IMG/VR virus record: IMGVR_UViG_3300021963_000023
Location: 1 to 64,000 of that record
Direction: 5' to 3' (one strand)
DNA: 64,000 bases
Shown here: positions 1 to 9,877 of the stretch, one piece after another
Layout of the letters: each line of letters opens with the position of its first letter
Position numbering within the stretch: the first letter of the stretch is position 1
Translations under genes and position numbers: made by a program
Notes under the pieces: model-generated
Seen by the model: the letters and a program-made list of their open reading frames with translations, nothing else
Database searches by the model: none
What the model was told of the DNA's origin: nothing

Positions 1-1
1 A

Positions 2-472
2 ATGGATATGGATTATGAGGGAGCCAAGCATCATGATGAAATTCCTGGATCAATTCCAACACATAAAAAATACACAGATTCTGATGGTACCACATATAAC
101 AATTATAATCCATTTTATTATAACCCTAAAACTAAAACTGATGAAATGGGCTATTATGCCAAAACATATGGTACAGCAGACCCAGATATGGAATCAGAAA
201 CATTGGCCGATTTAAAAAAGAATCAACCTATTAACTGGCCAAAGTATACAGAAAAAGACAGACGTGATCCAGAAAACATGTTATCATGGGAGCAGAAAAA
301 AGCTTTGATTGCGCAAAGAGCTGAAAAAGCCGCAGCAAGAGAAGCAGCCAAGGAAAAAAGATTGGCGGCCGCTTCGCTAAAACCAGGTGTAAACGAATCG
401 GTTGTTAGGTTAACCGAAAGCGAATTGATAGAGCTGGTAAAAAAGATAATGAAACAAACAACAAAAAAATAA
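2..472 (+). CDS. hypothetical protein (5' partial) with C-terminal VVRLTESELIELVKKI motif
   Basis: ORF runs from the window edge; carries the LTES motif found at the N-termini of neighbouring genes. Confidence 0.7.
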   Translation: MDMDYEGAKHHDEIPGSIPTHKKYTDSDGTTYNNYNPFYYNPKTKTDEMGYYAKTYGTADPDMESETLADLKKNQPINWPKYTEKDRRDPENMLSWEQKKALIAQRAEKAAAREAAKEKRLAAASLKPGVNESVVRLTESELIELVKKIMKQTTKK

Positions 473-475
473 ATG

Positions 476-501
476 AAAGCCCCGATTTTTCGGGGTTTTT
501 T
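476..501 (+). terminator. intrinsic terminator
   Basis: AAAGCCCCGA-TTTT-TCGGGGTTTT followed by a T-tract. Confidence 0.75.
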
Positions 502-550
502 ATTGGTAACCATTTTGGATACATATGGGTTTTACCTATATTTATATACT

Positions 551-1051
551 ATGAAGTTTAAGGACATAATTAAGGACATTTTGATCGCTGAGAGTGAGGG
601 GCCGTCTGAACACGCAAAATGGGTTGCAAAACAAGTCTTGGTTAAGTTTATGTTTGCTGATTATAAAGAACAAAGGGGATTTGTTTGGGACTATGATCTT
701 GATGTGAGTGGGGTTTCTAATTTTGTTTTATCCGCCGGCGGTGCTGAGGATTATTACCTTCAGTATAACTTTGAAATTGATATTAGCTCATATCCTTCTT
801 ATACCCCAGCAACTTATGATGACCCAGGAGATTATGATCCCGCAGAATATGAAATTGAAATAAAACAAATTACCGTTTTTGATAACGATCAGATCATTTA
901 TGAGGGGCCAGACTTTACAAACTTCGCATCATTAAAAATTGGTGAGGTGGAATCCAGATATGGTCAAAACCGTATTAGTTATGGGGAAGGTTTTCTATAT
1001 GATTACTTTGGTGATAAAATTGAAGAAATATTAAGTGACAACGCAGACTAA
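551..1051 (+). CDS. acidic hypothetical protein with MKFKDII..E leader
   Basis: ATG at 551, 4 nt after TATTTATA; the ORF-track extension from 473 overlaps the terminator. Confidence 0.75.
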   Translation: MKFKDIIKDILIAESEGPSEHAKWVAKQVLVKFMFADYKEQRGFVWDYDLDVSGVSNFVLSAGGAEDYYLQYNFEIDISSYPSYTPATYDDPGDYDPAEYEIEIKQITVFDNDQIIYEGPDFTNFASLKIGEVESRYGQNRISYGEGFLYDYFGDKIEEILSDNAD

Positions 1052-1064
1052 AAAAATATAGTAT

Positions 1065-1178
1065 ATGGCAAACAAAAAGAAAAAACCCGTAGCTAAAAGA
1101 TCAAGAAGATCTGGGGTTAAAACAATGGAACTAGTTAAAAGAAATAACGAAATACTAAAAAAGTTTTTAACAAAATGA
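1065..1178 (+). CDS. 37-aa basic peptide (MANKKKKPVAKRSRRSG...)
   Basis: read by eye; fills the intergenic gap and its stop overlaps the next ATG (ATGA). Confidence 0.6.
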   Translation: MANKKKKPVAKRSRRSGVKTMELVKRNNEILKKFLTK

Positions 1179-1654
1179 AACAAACGTTAAACGAACAAGT
1201 TGCTAGAATTAAAGCTATGATGGTTCTTAAAGAACAACAGGAAATGACTCTTGAGCAATATATGGATGAGTTGTTAAAAGATCCTGTTGGGTTTTTAAAT
1301 AAATTAAATACTGATGAGCAATTTAAAAATGATTATATTAAATCTTACGGGCCGCAACAACCCGGTAATCCGAACAGAGCTATTTTGGAAAATGCTAAAA
1401 CTAAATTTATGATAAATAATGGGAGTACAATTACAGGACAGTTAAAAAATGATAAAACAAATGAGATTGTACTGAATTATGAAATATCCTCTTTAGATGA
1501 ATTTTTAAAATTAAACCAATTTATTAAAGATTATGAAGCAAAAGGAACACCTTTATTTGATGTAGGATTAGTAGGGCTTCTTAGAGATGTGAAAAATGGT
1601 AACGAGTTTGCTCAAGCTTTGAATATAGCAAGGGGTGCAAAGGTGTTCACATAA
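1175..1654 (+). CDS. hypothetical protein with MKQTLNEQVARIKAMM leader
   Basis: leader identical to that of the next gene. Confidence 0.8.
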   Translation: MKQTLNEQVARIKAMMVLKEQQEMTLEQYMDELLKDPVGFLNKLNTDEQFKNDYIKSYGPQQPGNPNRAILENAKTKFMINNGSTITGQLKNDKTNEIVLNYEISSLDEFLKLNQFIKDYEAKGTPLFDVGLVGLLRDVKNGNEFAQALNIARGAKVFT

Positions 1655-1682
1655 AAAAAAATACAAAAATTAATAATATATT

Positions 1683-2186
1683 ATGAAACAAACATTAAAC
1701 GAACAAGTCGCAAGAATTAAAGCCATGATGAGTCTTAATGAAGATGAGTCACAAACAATGGCCATGTTGCAACAAGAGACCGAAGAATTTAACCAGAAGG
1801 TTGATGAAGATTTAAGTCCGGAAGAATATAAGGAGCTAACATGCTCAGATCCAGATGATATGGAATTGCCTAATATTGGTGATGAAGAGAAGCAAAAGGT
1901 GATGGAGTTAAAAGAAAAGATGAAAACCGCATCATTCGCTGAACTAATGCAATTGAAAAAACAATTGAAGGAATTAAAAAGACAACAACAAAACGAGCAA
2001 GTTGCCGGACCGGCCGTTATATCCTTATTGGGTGTTAGCATGCCTCCTGCTTTTGCAATGGTTATTGGTGGAATCATCTTTATAATGATATTATCTTTTT
2101 TAAGTAAGTTTATTAGATTTAATAGAACAACCACATATTGGTGTGATGGGAAGAAATCACGTCTATTTGGTTTGTTAAGATGGTAA
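1683..2186 (+). CDS. membrane-anchored protein with MKQTLNEQVARIKAMM leader
   Basis: shared leader; C-terminal hydrophobic helix. Confidence 0.8.
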   Translation: MKQTLNEQVARIKAMMSLNEDESQTMAMLQQETEEFNQKVDEDLSPEEYKELTCSDPDDMELPNIGDEEKQKVMELKEKMKTASFAELMQLKKQLKELKRQQQNEQVAGPAVISLLGVSMPPAFAMVIGGIIFIMILSFLSKFIRFNRTTTYWCDGKKSRLFGLLRW

Positions 2187-2228
2187 TAATTGAACAACGG
2201 CCGCGGCTTCGCCGCTACATTTAATGAA

Positions 2229-2969
2229 ATGAAACAGAATATTAACGAAGAGATTAGAAAAATAAAACACATGATGCGCCTTAATGAGGAGGGCAATCTT
2301 GGTGTGTTTGATAATTTTCCGCCGGAATTATTAGAATTTCTGGAAAGCAATTATTCTCACATGTACAGATTTAAGTATGATTATAATGAGAAGGCCTCTA
2401 GATTTGTGAATAGAGAGACGGGAGAGTATGATGGTGCAGGGTTTAGAAAATGGATGGATGAGAATACAGCTGATGAGTTTGTTAAAAATAAATCTAGAAT
2501 AATTAGTGCAATTAGATCTGACTTAATTACCCTTAGAAGAAGAAAACTCACAAAATTAAAATTAGACGCATATGAGGAGTTGCTAATTTCACTTCTTGGT
2601 AATAACATTACCGGGCAAGCATTAACCAGATTTGAGGCGGATATTATAATGGACCCATATGCAACAGTAGAAAGCATTAGGAGAGGTTTTGAAGAGGCTA
2701 AAAATATTCTAGATAAACACGGTAGAGTAAATCCTGATAAGGTTGAACTATCAACGGTATTCCCAGGTGGTCATATTAATTACCCAACATTTGAAAGATT
2801 TGTTGAAGATAACCCAAAATACTTAAGCACATATGAAACTTGGGACAAGTTACATAAAGAATATCAAAAACATGATATGAAAGAACTAAATGGATTTAGA
2901 ATTTATGATGGGCATTATAAAGAACTTAGATCACTATATGATTTTTTAACATCAGACAAAAAAGATTAA
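2229..2969 (+). CDS. hypothetical protein with MKQNINEEIRKIKHMM leader
   Basis: leader variant fixes the start at 2229. Confidence 0.75.
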   Translation: MKQNINEEIRKIKHMMRLNEEGNLGVFDNFPPELLEFLESNYSHMYRFKYDYNEKASRFVNRETGEYDGAGFRKWMDENTADEFVKNKSRIISAIRSDLITLRRRKLTKLKLDAYEELLISLLGNNITGQALTRFEADIIMDPYATVESIRRGFEEAKNILDKHGRVNPDKVELSTVFPGGHINYPTFERFVEDNPKYLSTYETWDKLHKEYQKHDMKELNGFRIYDGHYKELRSLYDFLTSDKKD

Positions 2970-2970
2970 T

Positions 2971-3387
2971 ATGAAATTAATAGATTTATTAACAGAAGCT
3001 AAGGATAAAAAAATTAAATGCAATCATTGTGATTGGTCATGGAAAGAATCTGAAGGCGGTAAGAAGAAATACTTGTGCCACAAGTGTGGTCATGACAATA
3101 CACCAAAATCATTTGACGAGTTTGCTGAAACAAGAATGAAAGGAGCGGACAAGATTGCAACAACAGCAAAAGAGAAAGGTGGTTTAGCAATGCTTACTTA
3201 TCATCACTTTAACGTTAAAAAACCTTATTATAATAAAGCGGCCGAAGGTAAGTTTGATCTTGCTGCGGCCAAAAAAGAATTTAAACAATGTGTTAAGGAC
3301 TTATCTTCTGATATGGAACAAGTTGCATTTCAGAAATTGGTTGGACGCATTGAGGTGCTTGGTGAATTAATCATCAAACACAAATAA
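2971..3387 (+). CDS. zinc-ribbon protein with MKLIDLLTE leader
   Basis: CNHC...CHKC. Confidence 0.7.
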   Translation: MKLIDLLTEAKDKKIKCNHCDWSWKESEGGKKKYLCHKCGHDNTPKSFDEFAETRMKGADKIATTAKEKGGLAMLTYHHFNVKKPYYNKAAEGKFDLAAAKKEFKQCVKDLSSDMEQVAFQKLVGRIEVLGELIIKHK

Positions 3388-3393
3388 AGAGAA

Positions 3394-3477
3394 CCAGGGT
3401 TTGAAGACCCTGCTTAGGACCGGGACTAGTTACTAATCCCGTTGGGATATGAATTCGCTACTCATATCCCTTTTTTA
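3394..3477 (+). other. three consecutive hairpins ending in an intrinsic terminator
   Basis: CAGGGT/ACCCTG; CGGGA/TCCCG; GGGATATGA/TCATATCCC plus T-tract. Confidence 0.6.
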
Positions 3478-3494
3478 TTGTATTTATATATTAG

Positions 3495-4130
3495 ATGAAA
3501 TTTAAAGACATATTAGTTACAAAAGGATTAGATGAAGCAACACCAGTTGAAAAACCTGAACTAGGTTCTGGAGCAGATCATTATATATTCCCATCCAAGC
3601 GTAATCCAAACAAAGTATATAAACTAGGTTCAGAACATGCTGTGGATTTCTGGTATGATTTATTTAAAAACCATCCATCAATTTTCCCTGTTGTTTATAA
3701 GAGAGGTAAAACCAGAATGAAACTAGATCGAGATAAGGTGGTGTTTCAAGACAATAACTTTGTTAAACTTAAAGCCGGGTCTATTGTCCCTGTTGCTTAT
3801 GTTGAAATGGAAAAGTTAGACCCCAAGAGAGCTGAAAACGAATGGAAGATGTTGGATTTTGCGATTACAGATATAACTGAAGATCAATGGGATTTTCAAG
3901 ACTATGTTCTCCATTTTGCAATATTTGAAAGCTCCAACATGAAACCAGATTTTGATTTAATGTTACACGTTTTTGACGAGCTAAAGATAAATTATCCAGA
4001 TGAATATAAAATGATTACAAGATTTTTGGATTTAATCATTGAAGTCAAGAAAGTTAACAAACATCCCGATTTACATATGTATAACTTTGGCTATGACATG
4101 AAGGGTAATCTAAAATGTTTGGATATATAG
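3495..4130 (+). CDS. protein-kinase-like fold protein
   Basis: LGSGADHYIF Gly-loop, VYK, MEKL, DLHMYN catalytic loop, C-terminal CLDI. Confidence 0.65.
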   Translation: MKFKDILVTKGLDEATPVEKPELGSGADHYIFPSKRNPNKVYKLGSEHAVDFWYDLFKNHPSIFPVVYKRGKTRMKLDRDKVVFQDNNFVKLKAGSIVPVAYVEMEKLDPKRAENEWKMLDFAITDITEDQWDFQDYVLHFAIFESSNMKPDFDLMLHVFDELKINYPDEYKMITRFLDLIIEVKKVNKHPDLHMYNFGYDMKGNLKCLDI

Positions 4131-4166
4131 AATTTTTTATTAACTTTACAATCTAAATCATAAATT

Positions 4167-4292
4167 ATGGCAAAATCAGTAGTAGTAAAACCAACACAAT
4201 ATTCCTACAGAACTAAATCTGGAGGGATTGTAACTAGAACTCGTAAGGCCCATATTAGAAAGGTCAAAACGACAACTAGGAAAAGAGGATAA
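4167..4292 (+). CDS. 41-aa basic peptide (MAKSVVVKPTQYSYRTKSG...RKRG)
   Basis: read by eye; fills the gap and is followed by a terminator at 4298-4327. Confidence 0.6.
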   Translation: MAKSVVVKPTQYSYRTKSGGIVTRTRKAHIRKVKTTTRKRG

Positions 4293-4357
4293 CATATAGC
4301 CCCAGGTGATGAACTTGGGGTTTTTTATTGAAGATAGTTTCCCTATATTTATATTAT

Positions 4358-4810
4358 ATGAAAAAAATTAAAATAACAGAATCGCAGCTAAAGAGATTAG
4401 TTCTTAATGAACAAGGACTTAAGAATATTGGTAACAAGATTAAAGGTGGTATTCAAACTGTGGTGGATAAGGTAAAGGGTGCCCCAAAGGATAAAGAACT
4501 TACTCAACCAGGAAAACAAAGTCAGAACAGAGATCTTGATCAACTTAGAGCAGAGTGGTCTAAAATTAATCAGGACACAACCAATATGAAAGGTTATGGT
4601 GAAGCTGTTGGTCAACAAGAAAATTCAGCTAAAACCGCAGCAATGATGAAAGCTAGAATGGTCATTTTAAAAAAACTAAATAAACAACAAGCTAAATTCG
4701 GATCTGTTATTGTGGATGAAGCTCTATTCCAATTAGAAAATGGTAATTATATTAAGTTAATCGTTTTGGAATTAACAAAAGTTTGGGAAGACGAAAACGG
4801 TATTAATTAA
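4358..4810 (+). CDS. hypothetical protein with MKKIKITESQL leader
   Basis: ATG 4 nt after TATTTATA. Confidence 0.75.
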   Translation: MKKIKITESQLKRLVLNEQGLKNIGNKIKGGIQTVVDKVKGAPKDKELTQPGKQSQNRDLDQLRAEWSKINQDTTNMKGYGEAVGQQENSAKTAAMMKARMVILKKLNKQQAKFGSVIVDEALFQLENGNYIKLIVLELTKVWEDENGIN

Positions 4811-4816
4811 TAGATA

Positions 4817-5584
4817 ATGAAAAAAATTGTAAAATTAACAGAATCAGATTTAACTAAATTGGTTAAAACAATTGTTGAAAATATATCAACAGAAGGTATT
4901 CCACAGGAAGATCTTGATGTTTTAACAGCTGAAGCGCATAAGATGGTTGAAAAAGATAGAGTTAAAGCACAGGAAATCAAGCAAGAATTAGATGCAATGA
5001 GAGAAAGAATGGAGGATATGGTTAAAGGTGGAAAATTAAATTTTGATGACACTACTGTGGAAGAGGTAATGAAAGCATATACTAGTCAAAAACAACAAGA
5101 ATATGACTACTATAGTACATCATCTGCAGATCGTTATTTACAAAACTTAATTTTTGAATTTAAAAGGAAGAAAGCATACGAAGATTACGAGAGAGAAAAA
5201 ATTGAAAGAAGAAAAACAAAGAAAATCGATAAAAAAGATATTATAAATCTATTTGTAACCGCATTAGAAGGTGGTTCAAATTATTGGTATTACTTACCTA
5301 GAATTCCAGATGGGGTAAGAGAGATAATGGCAGAATTAGACATGGAACTAACTGAAGCAATAGGTGAATACGTGCTTAGAGGTGGTAGTATTGACATAAA
5401 CGACGCTGAAGACGAAGAAACTAAACTTGGTACCGTTGATATGACTAGTCTATTAGAAGCAATAGATATCCTTAAAAATGATTACACACGCGCATACGAG
5501 AATATTATTGATGAAGAATATGACGCTGATGATGCTGACATATTTTTTCAATTAGCAGTTATGGGTGAGCTTACTTTCGGATAA
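4817..5584 (+). CDS. hypothetical protein with MKKIVKLTESDL leader
   Basis: ORF; shared leader. Confidence 0.8.
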   Translation: MKKIVKLTESDLTKLVKTIVENISTEGIPQEDLDVLTAEAHKMVEKDRVKAQEIKQELDAMRERMEDMVKGGKLNFDDTTVEEVMKAYTSQKQQEYDYYSTSSADRYLQNLIFEFKRKKAYEDYEREKIERRKTKKIDKKDIINLFVTALEGGSNYWYYLPRIPDGVREIMAELDMELTEAIGEYVLRGGSIDINDAEDEETKLGTVDMTSLLEAIDILKNDYTRAYENIIDEEYDADDADIFFQLAVMGELTFG

Positions 5585-5614
5585 TACCGATATTTATATA
5601 TAAAACTTGAAATA

Positions 5615-6538
5615 ATGAAAAGAACAATTAGATTGACGGAAAGCGAATTAACAGCTTTGGTAAAAAAAATATTAAATGAAGTTGCTGAAGAACCGGTACT
5701 AGATAAACAAACCAAAATATTTGGTAATTTCTTCTTCGGTGAGGGTAAAACAAAACCAATGAGTTTCAACGGTGCACAAGTTACACAAGCCGATGTTGAT
5801 AGATTAATTAAAGAAATGGCGATGTTTATTAAGAATACAGGTACACTTCAAACATTACAAAAATTTGGTAGAACCGAAGGAGGTTATTCTAATAACCAAA
5901 ATATACCAAAATTCATTAGTCTTAACATAGGTACATCACACACAGGATCGGGCGAAGCAAATTCAAATGTTGCTCAAGGTAGATTTAGTTTCTTAAGTGG
6001 TATGGTGATGAAAGCGTTTGATTTACTTGGTGTCGATACATCAATAGCTAGATCGGTAGTAATCACAAATTCTAACACATCTTATTCACCAACAAGTTTG
6101 GATAAAAATTTCTTTGACCCTAAAAAACTTAAACCAGAAGATATTGAAAGATGGGGACACATTAGTATTACCAACTTAGCTACTATGGGTCATAAAACAG
6201 GTGGTATTCAACAAATACAAAGAAATTTAAATAATGCTTCAAGTGATATTAACAATATATTTGTTGATGGGGTTAACGAAGAAAAGGTTGTTTTTTTTAT
6301 TAAGAGACTTCAAACATTCTCCGACATTCAAGATTTAAGCAATTCAATCAATGCCGGCGGTCAATGGGCTTCGTTAGAGGATTTTTTAAACGACCAGCTT
6401 TTTGATGATATGGATGAAATGAGAGCAGTCGCCACCCATTTACAAAAATGTGCAGCCACTAGTGGAAAACAAAAAGATACTATTAGATTGGTACCAAAAA
6501 CAGGAGGAATGTTTATCAGTATTGGATTAGGTAACTAA
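5615..6538 (+). CDS. LTES-leader protein with possible OmpA_C-like domain
   Basis: FFFGEGK...TSHTGSGEANSNVAQGR resembles the OmpA peptidoglycan-binding motif. Confidence 0.55.
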   Translation: MKRTIRLTESELTALVKKILNEVAEEPVLDKQTKIFGNFFFGEGKTKPMSFNGAQVTQADVDRLIKEMAMFIKNTGTLQTLQKFGRTEGGYSNNQNIPKFISLNIGTSHTGSGEANSNVAQGRFSFLSGMVMKAFDLLGVDTSIARSVVITNSNTSYSPTSLDKNFFDPKKLKPEDIERWGHISITNLATMGHKTGGIQQIQRNLNNASSDINNIFVDGVNEEKVVFFIKRLQTFSDIQDLSNSINAGGQWASLEDFLNDQLFDDMDEMRAVATHLQKCAATSGKQKDTIRLVPKTGGMFISIGLGN

Positions 6539-6571
6539 TAAAACTAAAACTAAAATAAAAATAAAACTAAA

Positions 6572-7156
6572 ATGATATTAACAGAAGCTCAATTATCAAC
6601 TTTGATAAAAAAAATTATAAGGGAACAGGTAGATAGTACATCAATAACATCAAAACCAACATCTTCTTCTGGTGCAAAACTACCAACCCCAATACAAATA
6701 AAAATATTATTATCTACTAAAAAGGGTGAAGAAACATATTTGGTCTCTTTTGATAAAGTAAAACAAGTTAAAGATGGATGTGAATTTGAGGGAACATTTA
6801 GAGGCGACACAAAAAGACACACTTTTATGTATAAGTGTGATGGGACATTATATTGGAAACAGGGTATGCTTTCATCAAATACTGAGGTAGAAATTTCTGC
6901 AGAAGCGGCTAAATTACTAGCAAAAGCGTGTGGTTGCGATGTATATGCATCCAATAAGCCTGCATCGGGAATGCAGAGTCAAATGGCTGAAAATAATGGC
7001 AGTGTAACTAAATCAATTTCCTTTGAAAGTATTGAAGAGTTTATGTACAACGAATATAGTAAGAAAAACAATAAAAATATAAGTGTTAATTTAACATTTG
7101 ATGGTAGACAAGTTTTAGCAAATATAAACGGCTCAAAAGTCCCAGTAAAAAGATAA
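6572..7156 (+). CDS. hypothetical protein with MILTEAQL leader
   Basis: ORF; shared leader. Confidence 0.75.
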   Translation: MILTEAQLSTLIKKIIREQVDSTSITSKPTSSSGAKLPTPIQIKILLSTKKGEETYLVSFDKVKQVKDGCEFEGTFRGDTKRHTFMYKCDGTLYWKQGMLSSNTEVEISAEAAKLLAKACGCDVYASNKPASGMQSQMAENNGSVTKSISFESIEEFMYNEYSKKNNKNISVNLTFDGRQVLANINGSKVPVKR

Positions 7157-7163
7157 TAAAAAT

Positions 7164-7188
7164 AAACCCCGATAATTCGGGGTTTTTT
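7164..7188. terminator. bidirectional terminator
   Basis: AAACCCCGA/TCGGGGTTT between convergent genes. Confidence 0.75.
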
Positions 7189-8090
7189 TATTTAATTTGG
7201 AATATATTAATTTCTAAATTTGGATTCTCTTCCTTAAACTTGTTGAATCTCATTATTTGTTCATCCATATCATCAAATATGTTGATGGTATCAATTGAAG
7301 GATTATTCTTTAACATGTCCTTAATCCTTTCAGGTTTTTCCCTATTGTCGTTTTTAAAGTCATAGTAATCAAATACATACAAACCATCTAGTTTTTCTTT
7401 AACTACCGGCTCAAACTTAGCCATTCTGTTTGTCATCAATATCGTTATGGAATTTGGAATAGTTGAATATTCATTATAAAAACCTTTGGTTTGTTCAATT
7501 GGTTGAACATCAAATGGTTTAAGACTATCTATCTGTCCCCACCAACCTTTGTGTGGCCAATCCTTACCGGTTAACTCTTTATATTTTTCTTTACCAGGAT
7601 TTGGCATTGGTGAATCCATTAATGTCCCGTCAAAATCAAAAACATTTAATGTTGTTGGGGCACCCTTTGCTTTGAATGGAACTTGATATAATATCTCTTC
7701 AATCTTACCTGTAACGTTAAATGATTCCGCCAATTCTTCCCATGCTGTAATCTCGTTAGAATCCTTCGGTTTAGCCCCATTTGCGGCGTTTATAGCCACG
7801 GTTATATGTGGAATAGCATTCTGTGATAAAGACGTCTCTATACCCACCGCAATGGCCTTATCTGACTTACCTAGTTTGGTTACTCTTAATGTAACCGTCT
7901 GTCCTATCTTTTCTTTTAAATTTTCAGGTAACTCACCCATTTTAATTGTCATATGATGACATATTGCTTTCCAATCATTAGGGAACGCCACATGGTTAAG
8001 AATAGCCGATCTAGATCCGGGGTCTAAAACAACAGCAGAATAGGATACTTTATAACTTTGGTCTTCAGTAAGAATGTCTAATAATCTCAT
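7188..8090 (-). CDS. RNA end-healing enzyme: 2H cyclic phosphodiesterase + HAD phosphatase (Swiss-army-knife RNA repair-like)
   Basis: two HxT motifs (HMTI, HITV), then FDFDGTL and FDD HAD motifs; MRLLDILTE leader. Confidence 0.7.
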   Translation of the reverse strand: MRLLDILTEDQSYKVSYSAVVLDPGSRSAILNHVAFPNDWKAICHHMTIKMGELPENLKEKIGQTVTLRVTKLGKSDKAIAVGIETSLSQNAIPHITVAINAANGAKPKDSNEITAWEELAESFNVTGKIEEILYQVPFKAKGAPTTLNVFDFDGTLMDSPMPNPGKEKYKELTGKDWPHKGWWGQIDSLKPFDVQPIEQTKGFYNEYSTIPNSITILMTNRMAKFEPVVKEKLDGLYVFDYYDFKNDNREKPERIKDMLKNNPSIDTINIFDDMDEQIMRFNKFKEENPNLEINIFQIK

Positions 8091-8139
8091 AATTGATAAA
8101 TACATCACAAAATTAAGTAATTTTTTTATATTTATGTAT

Positions 8140-9294
8140 ATGAAGATTGTGATTTCTGAAGAACAATTAAATAAAATTGTTAAAAATATTAGAGAAGCAA
8201 CTAATCAAAGAAAAACATTGAATTTTTTTGATTTGGTTAGTAAGGGGATTCTGTGGGTAGTAGAACCTCATGAAAACGGGGAAAGAGTAAAACCAAGGTG
8301 GGAACACGATAGTAACCTTATAACATTATGGAATATAGAACATCCAGAGCCTGGTCAAGAATGGGTTAAAAAAGCAAAACATTTCACTAAAACCGGGTCA
8401 ATTTGGTGGTGGAATGATATTGGTCAATTCGATTTGTCAGATGAAAAATATAATCAAATACTACGAAGTATAGACCTATATAAAGAAAAAAATAAAAAAG
8501 ACGATAGCGCAAAGTTCTTAAAATGCACAGCTTGTAAAAAATGGTTTACACAAACCATATATAAAAAGAAAAAGTCATTACCTATATGTCCTTGGTGTGG
8601 CAAACACAATACGGATTTAAAAGAAAGTGAACTTGATGAAAGAAGTAGAAGTTTTGCTTTTACTAGAAAAATGAGGTTGTTTAGTAAGGCGGAAATGATG
8701 GCTAATCCAATGAGGTATAAGAAGAACGATTTAGATAAGAAAAATATTGAGTTGGATGAAATAGGTGTCTATAAGTTTTCAGAAAGGTCCTCATATGGTG
8801 TGCCAGGTGAAAAAGAATATGATGAAGTTCTTAACAATAATATTTTTTTAAAGGAGATTGGTGATTTTGGTTATTTGTATAGCATGACAGAAGATTATAT
8901 GTCTCAGGTGATAACAATATATGTTGTAGATAAACAAAAGAAAAGACAAGTCGGAGTTGCTGAATTTGAAATGAGGGGAGAAGATTTCTTTGTTACTTTA
9001 CCATATGTAATTGAGGAATATAGAGGTAGAGGAATCGCAACAGAAATTTATAAAATGATATTAACATTTGGTGGGTTAGTTTCTGGTAAAGCACAATCAG
9101 AACAAGCCGTTGGATTGTGGAAAAAACTATATAAAGAGTTACCCAATAAAATGGTATATGTTGATGATTCTGGAAAATATTTTGATGTTGAACTAGTCAA
9201 TAATGATTTAGTTTATGGAGATGATAAACAAAGCGTCTATAAGGAAATGGGTGGGTATTTAAAATTATTTCAGAATGAGAATAGTAATAACTGA
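8140..9294 (+). CDS. multidomain protein: zinc ribbon + GNAT acetyltransferase
   Basis: CTAC...CPWC; V.EEYRGRGIA acetyl-CoA motif; MKIVISEEQL leader. Confidence 0.7.
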   Translation: MKIVISEEQLNKIVKNIREATNQRKTLNFFDLVSKGILWVVEPHENGERVKPRWEHDSNLITLWNIEHPEPGQEWVKKAKHFTKTGSIWWWNDIGQFDLSDEKYNQILRSIDLYKEKNKKDDSAKFLKCTACKKWFTQTIYKKKKSLPICPWCGKHNTDLKESELDERSRSFAFTRKMRLFSKAEMMANPMRYKKNDLDKKNIELDEIGVYKFSERSSYGVPGEKEYDEVLNNNIFLKEIGDFGYLYSMTEDYMSQVITIYVVDKQKKRQVGVAEFEMRGEDFFVTLPYVIEEYRGRGIATEIYKMILTFGGLVSGKAQSEQAVGLWKKLYKELPNKMVYVDDSGKYFDVELVNNDLVYGDDKQSVYKEMGGYLKLFQNENSNN

Positions 9295-9877
9295 GAGACA
9301 GCTTAATAATTTGATCTCACCTAACGTTGAGGGTTTAGAAGATTTGATGAATCAGATCATTGATAAATTCCCGGAGGTTGAGGATTATAAAGATAAGCTA
9401 ATAGATTTCATAAATAAATCTAATTGTAAGAAAATTGAATTTGCTACAATGCAGCATGCTGGCGGGTTATCTTTACATAATTCAGTGTTATTAAATAAGA
9501 TTTTATTAAATAGAGATCTTAATTCATTAATTTTTATTATATTTCATGAAATTGCTCACCAATATCAGTTTAAAAAATATGGTGCAGAAAAAATGTATGA
9601 GCTTTACACAGGGAAAATACATTTAGAAGATGCTGTTGATTTTTTATATAATACAGAAATAACTGCGGATGAATTTGCATTTAGAAAAGTAAAAGAGTTT
9701 TACAAATTGGGTTTATTAAAAACCATAACAGATATGCGTATGTATAAAAAAATGGGTAAACACAATTTAGCCAATATGTATAATCAGGTTAAGAAAATCT
9801 TATCAGTAAGAAAAGGTGATAGCCCCGATGAGGTGAGCGAAGTCCTTTATAATTTTATTAAAATTAAAATAGAATAA
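9275..9877 (+). CDS. zincin-like metallopeptidase-motif protein
   Basis: HEIAH...EITADEFA; MRIVITERQL leader. Confidence 0.65.
   Translation: MRIVITERQLNNLISPNVEGLEDLMNQIIDKFPEVEDYKDKLIDFINKSNCKKIEFATMQHAGGLSLHNSVLLNKILLNRDLNSLIFIIFHEIAHQYQFKKYGAEKMYELYTGKIHLEDAVDFLYNTEITADEFAFRKVKEFYKLGLLKTITDMRMYKKMGKHNLANMYNQVKKILSVRKGDSPDEVSEVLYNFIKIKIE

Noticed and set aside
1670-2677. Long antisense ORFs (1670-2350, 2381-2677; likewise 34459-34995, 35607-36023, 58161-58769)
   Set aside because: Opposite well-supported genes, with typical antisense Ser/Phe/Leu-rich composition
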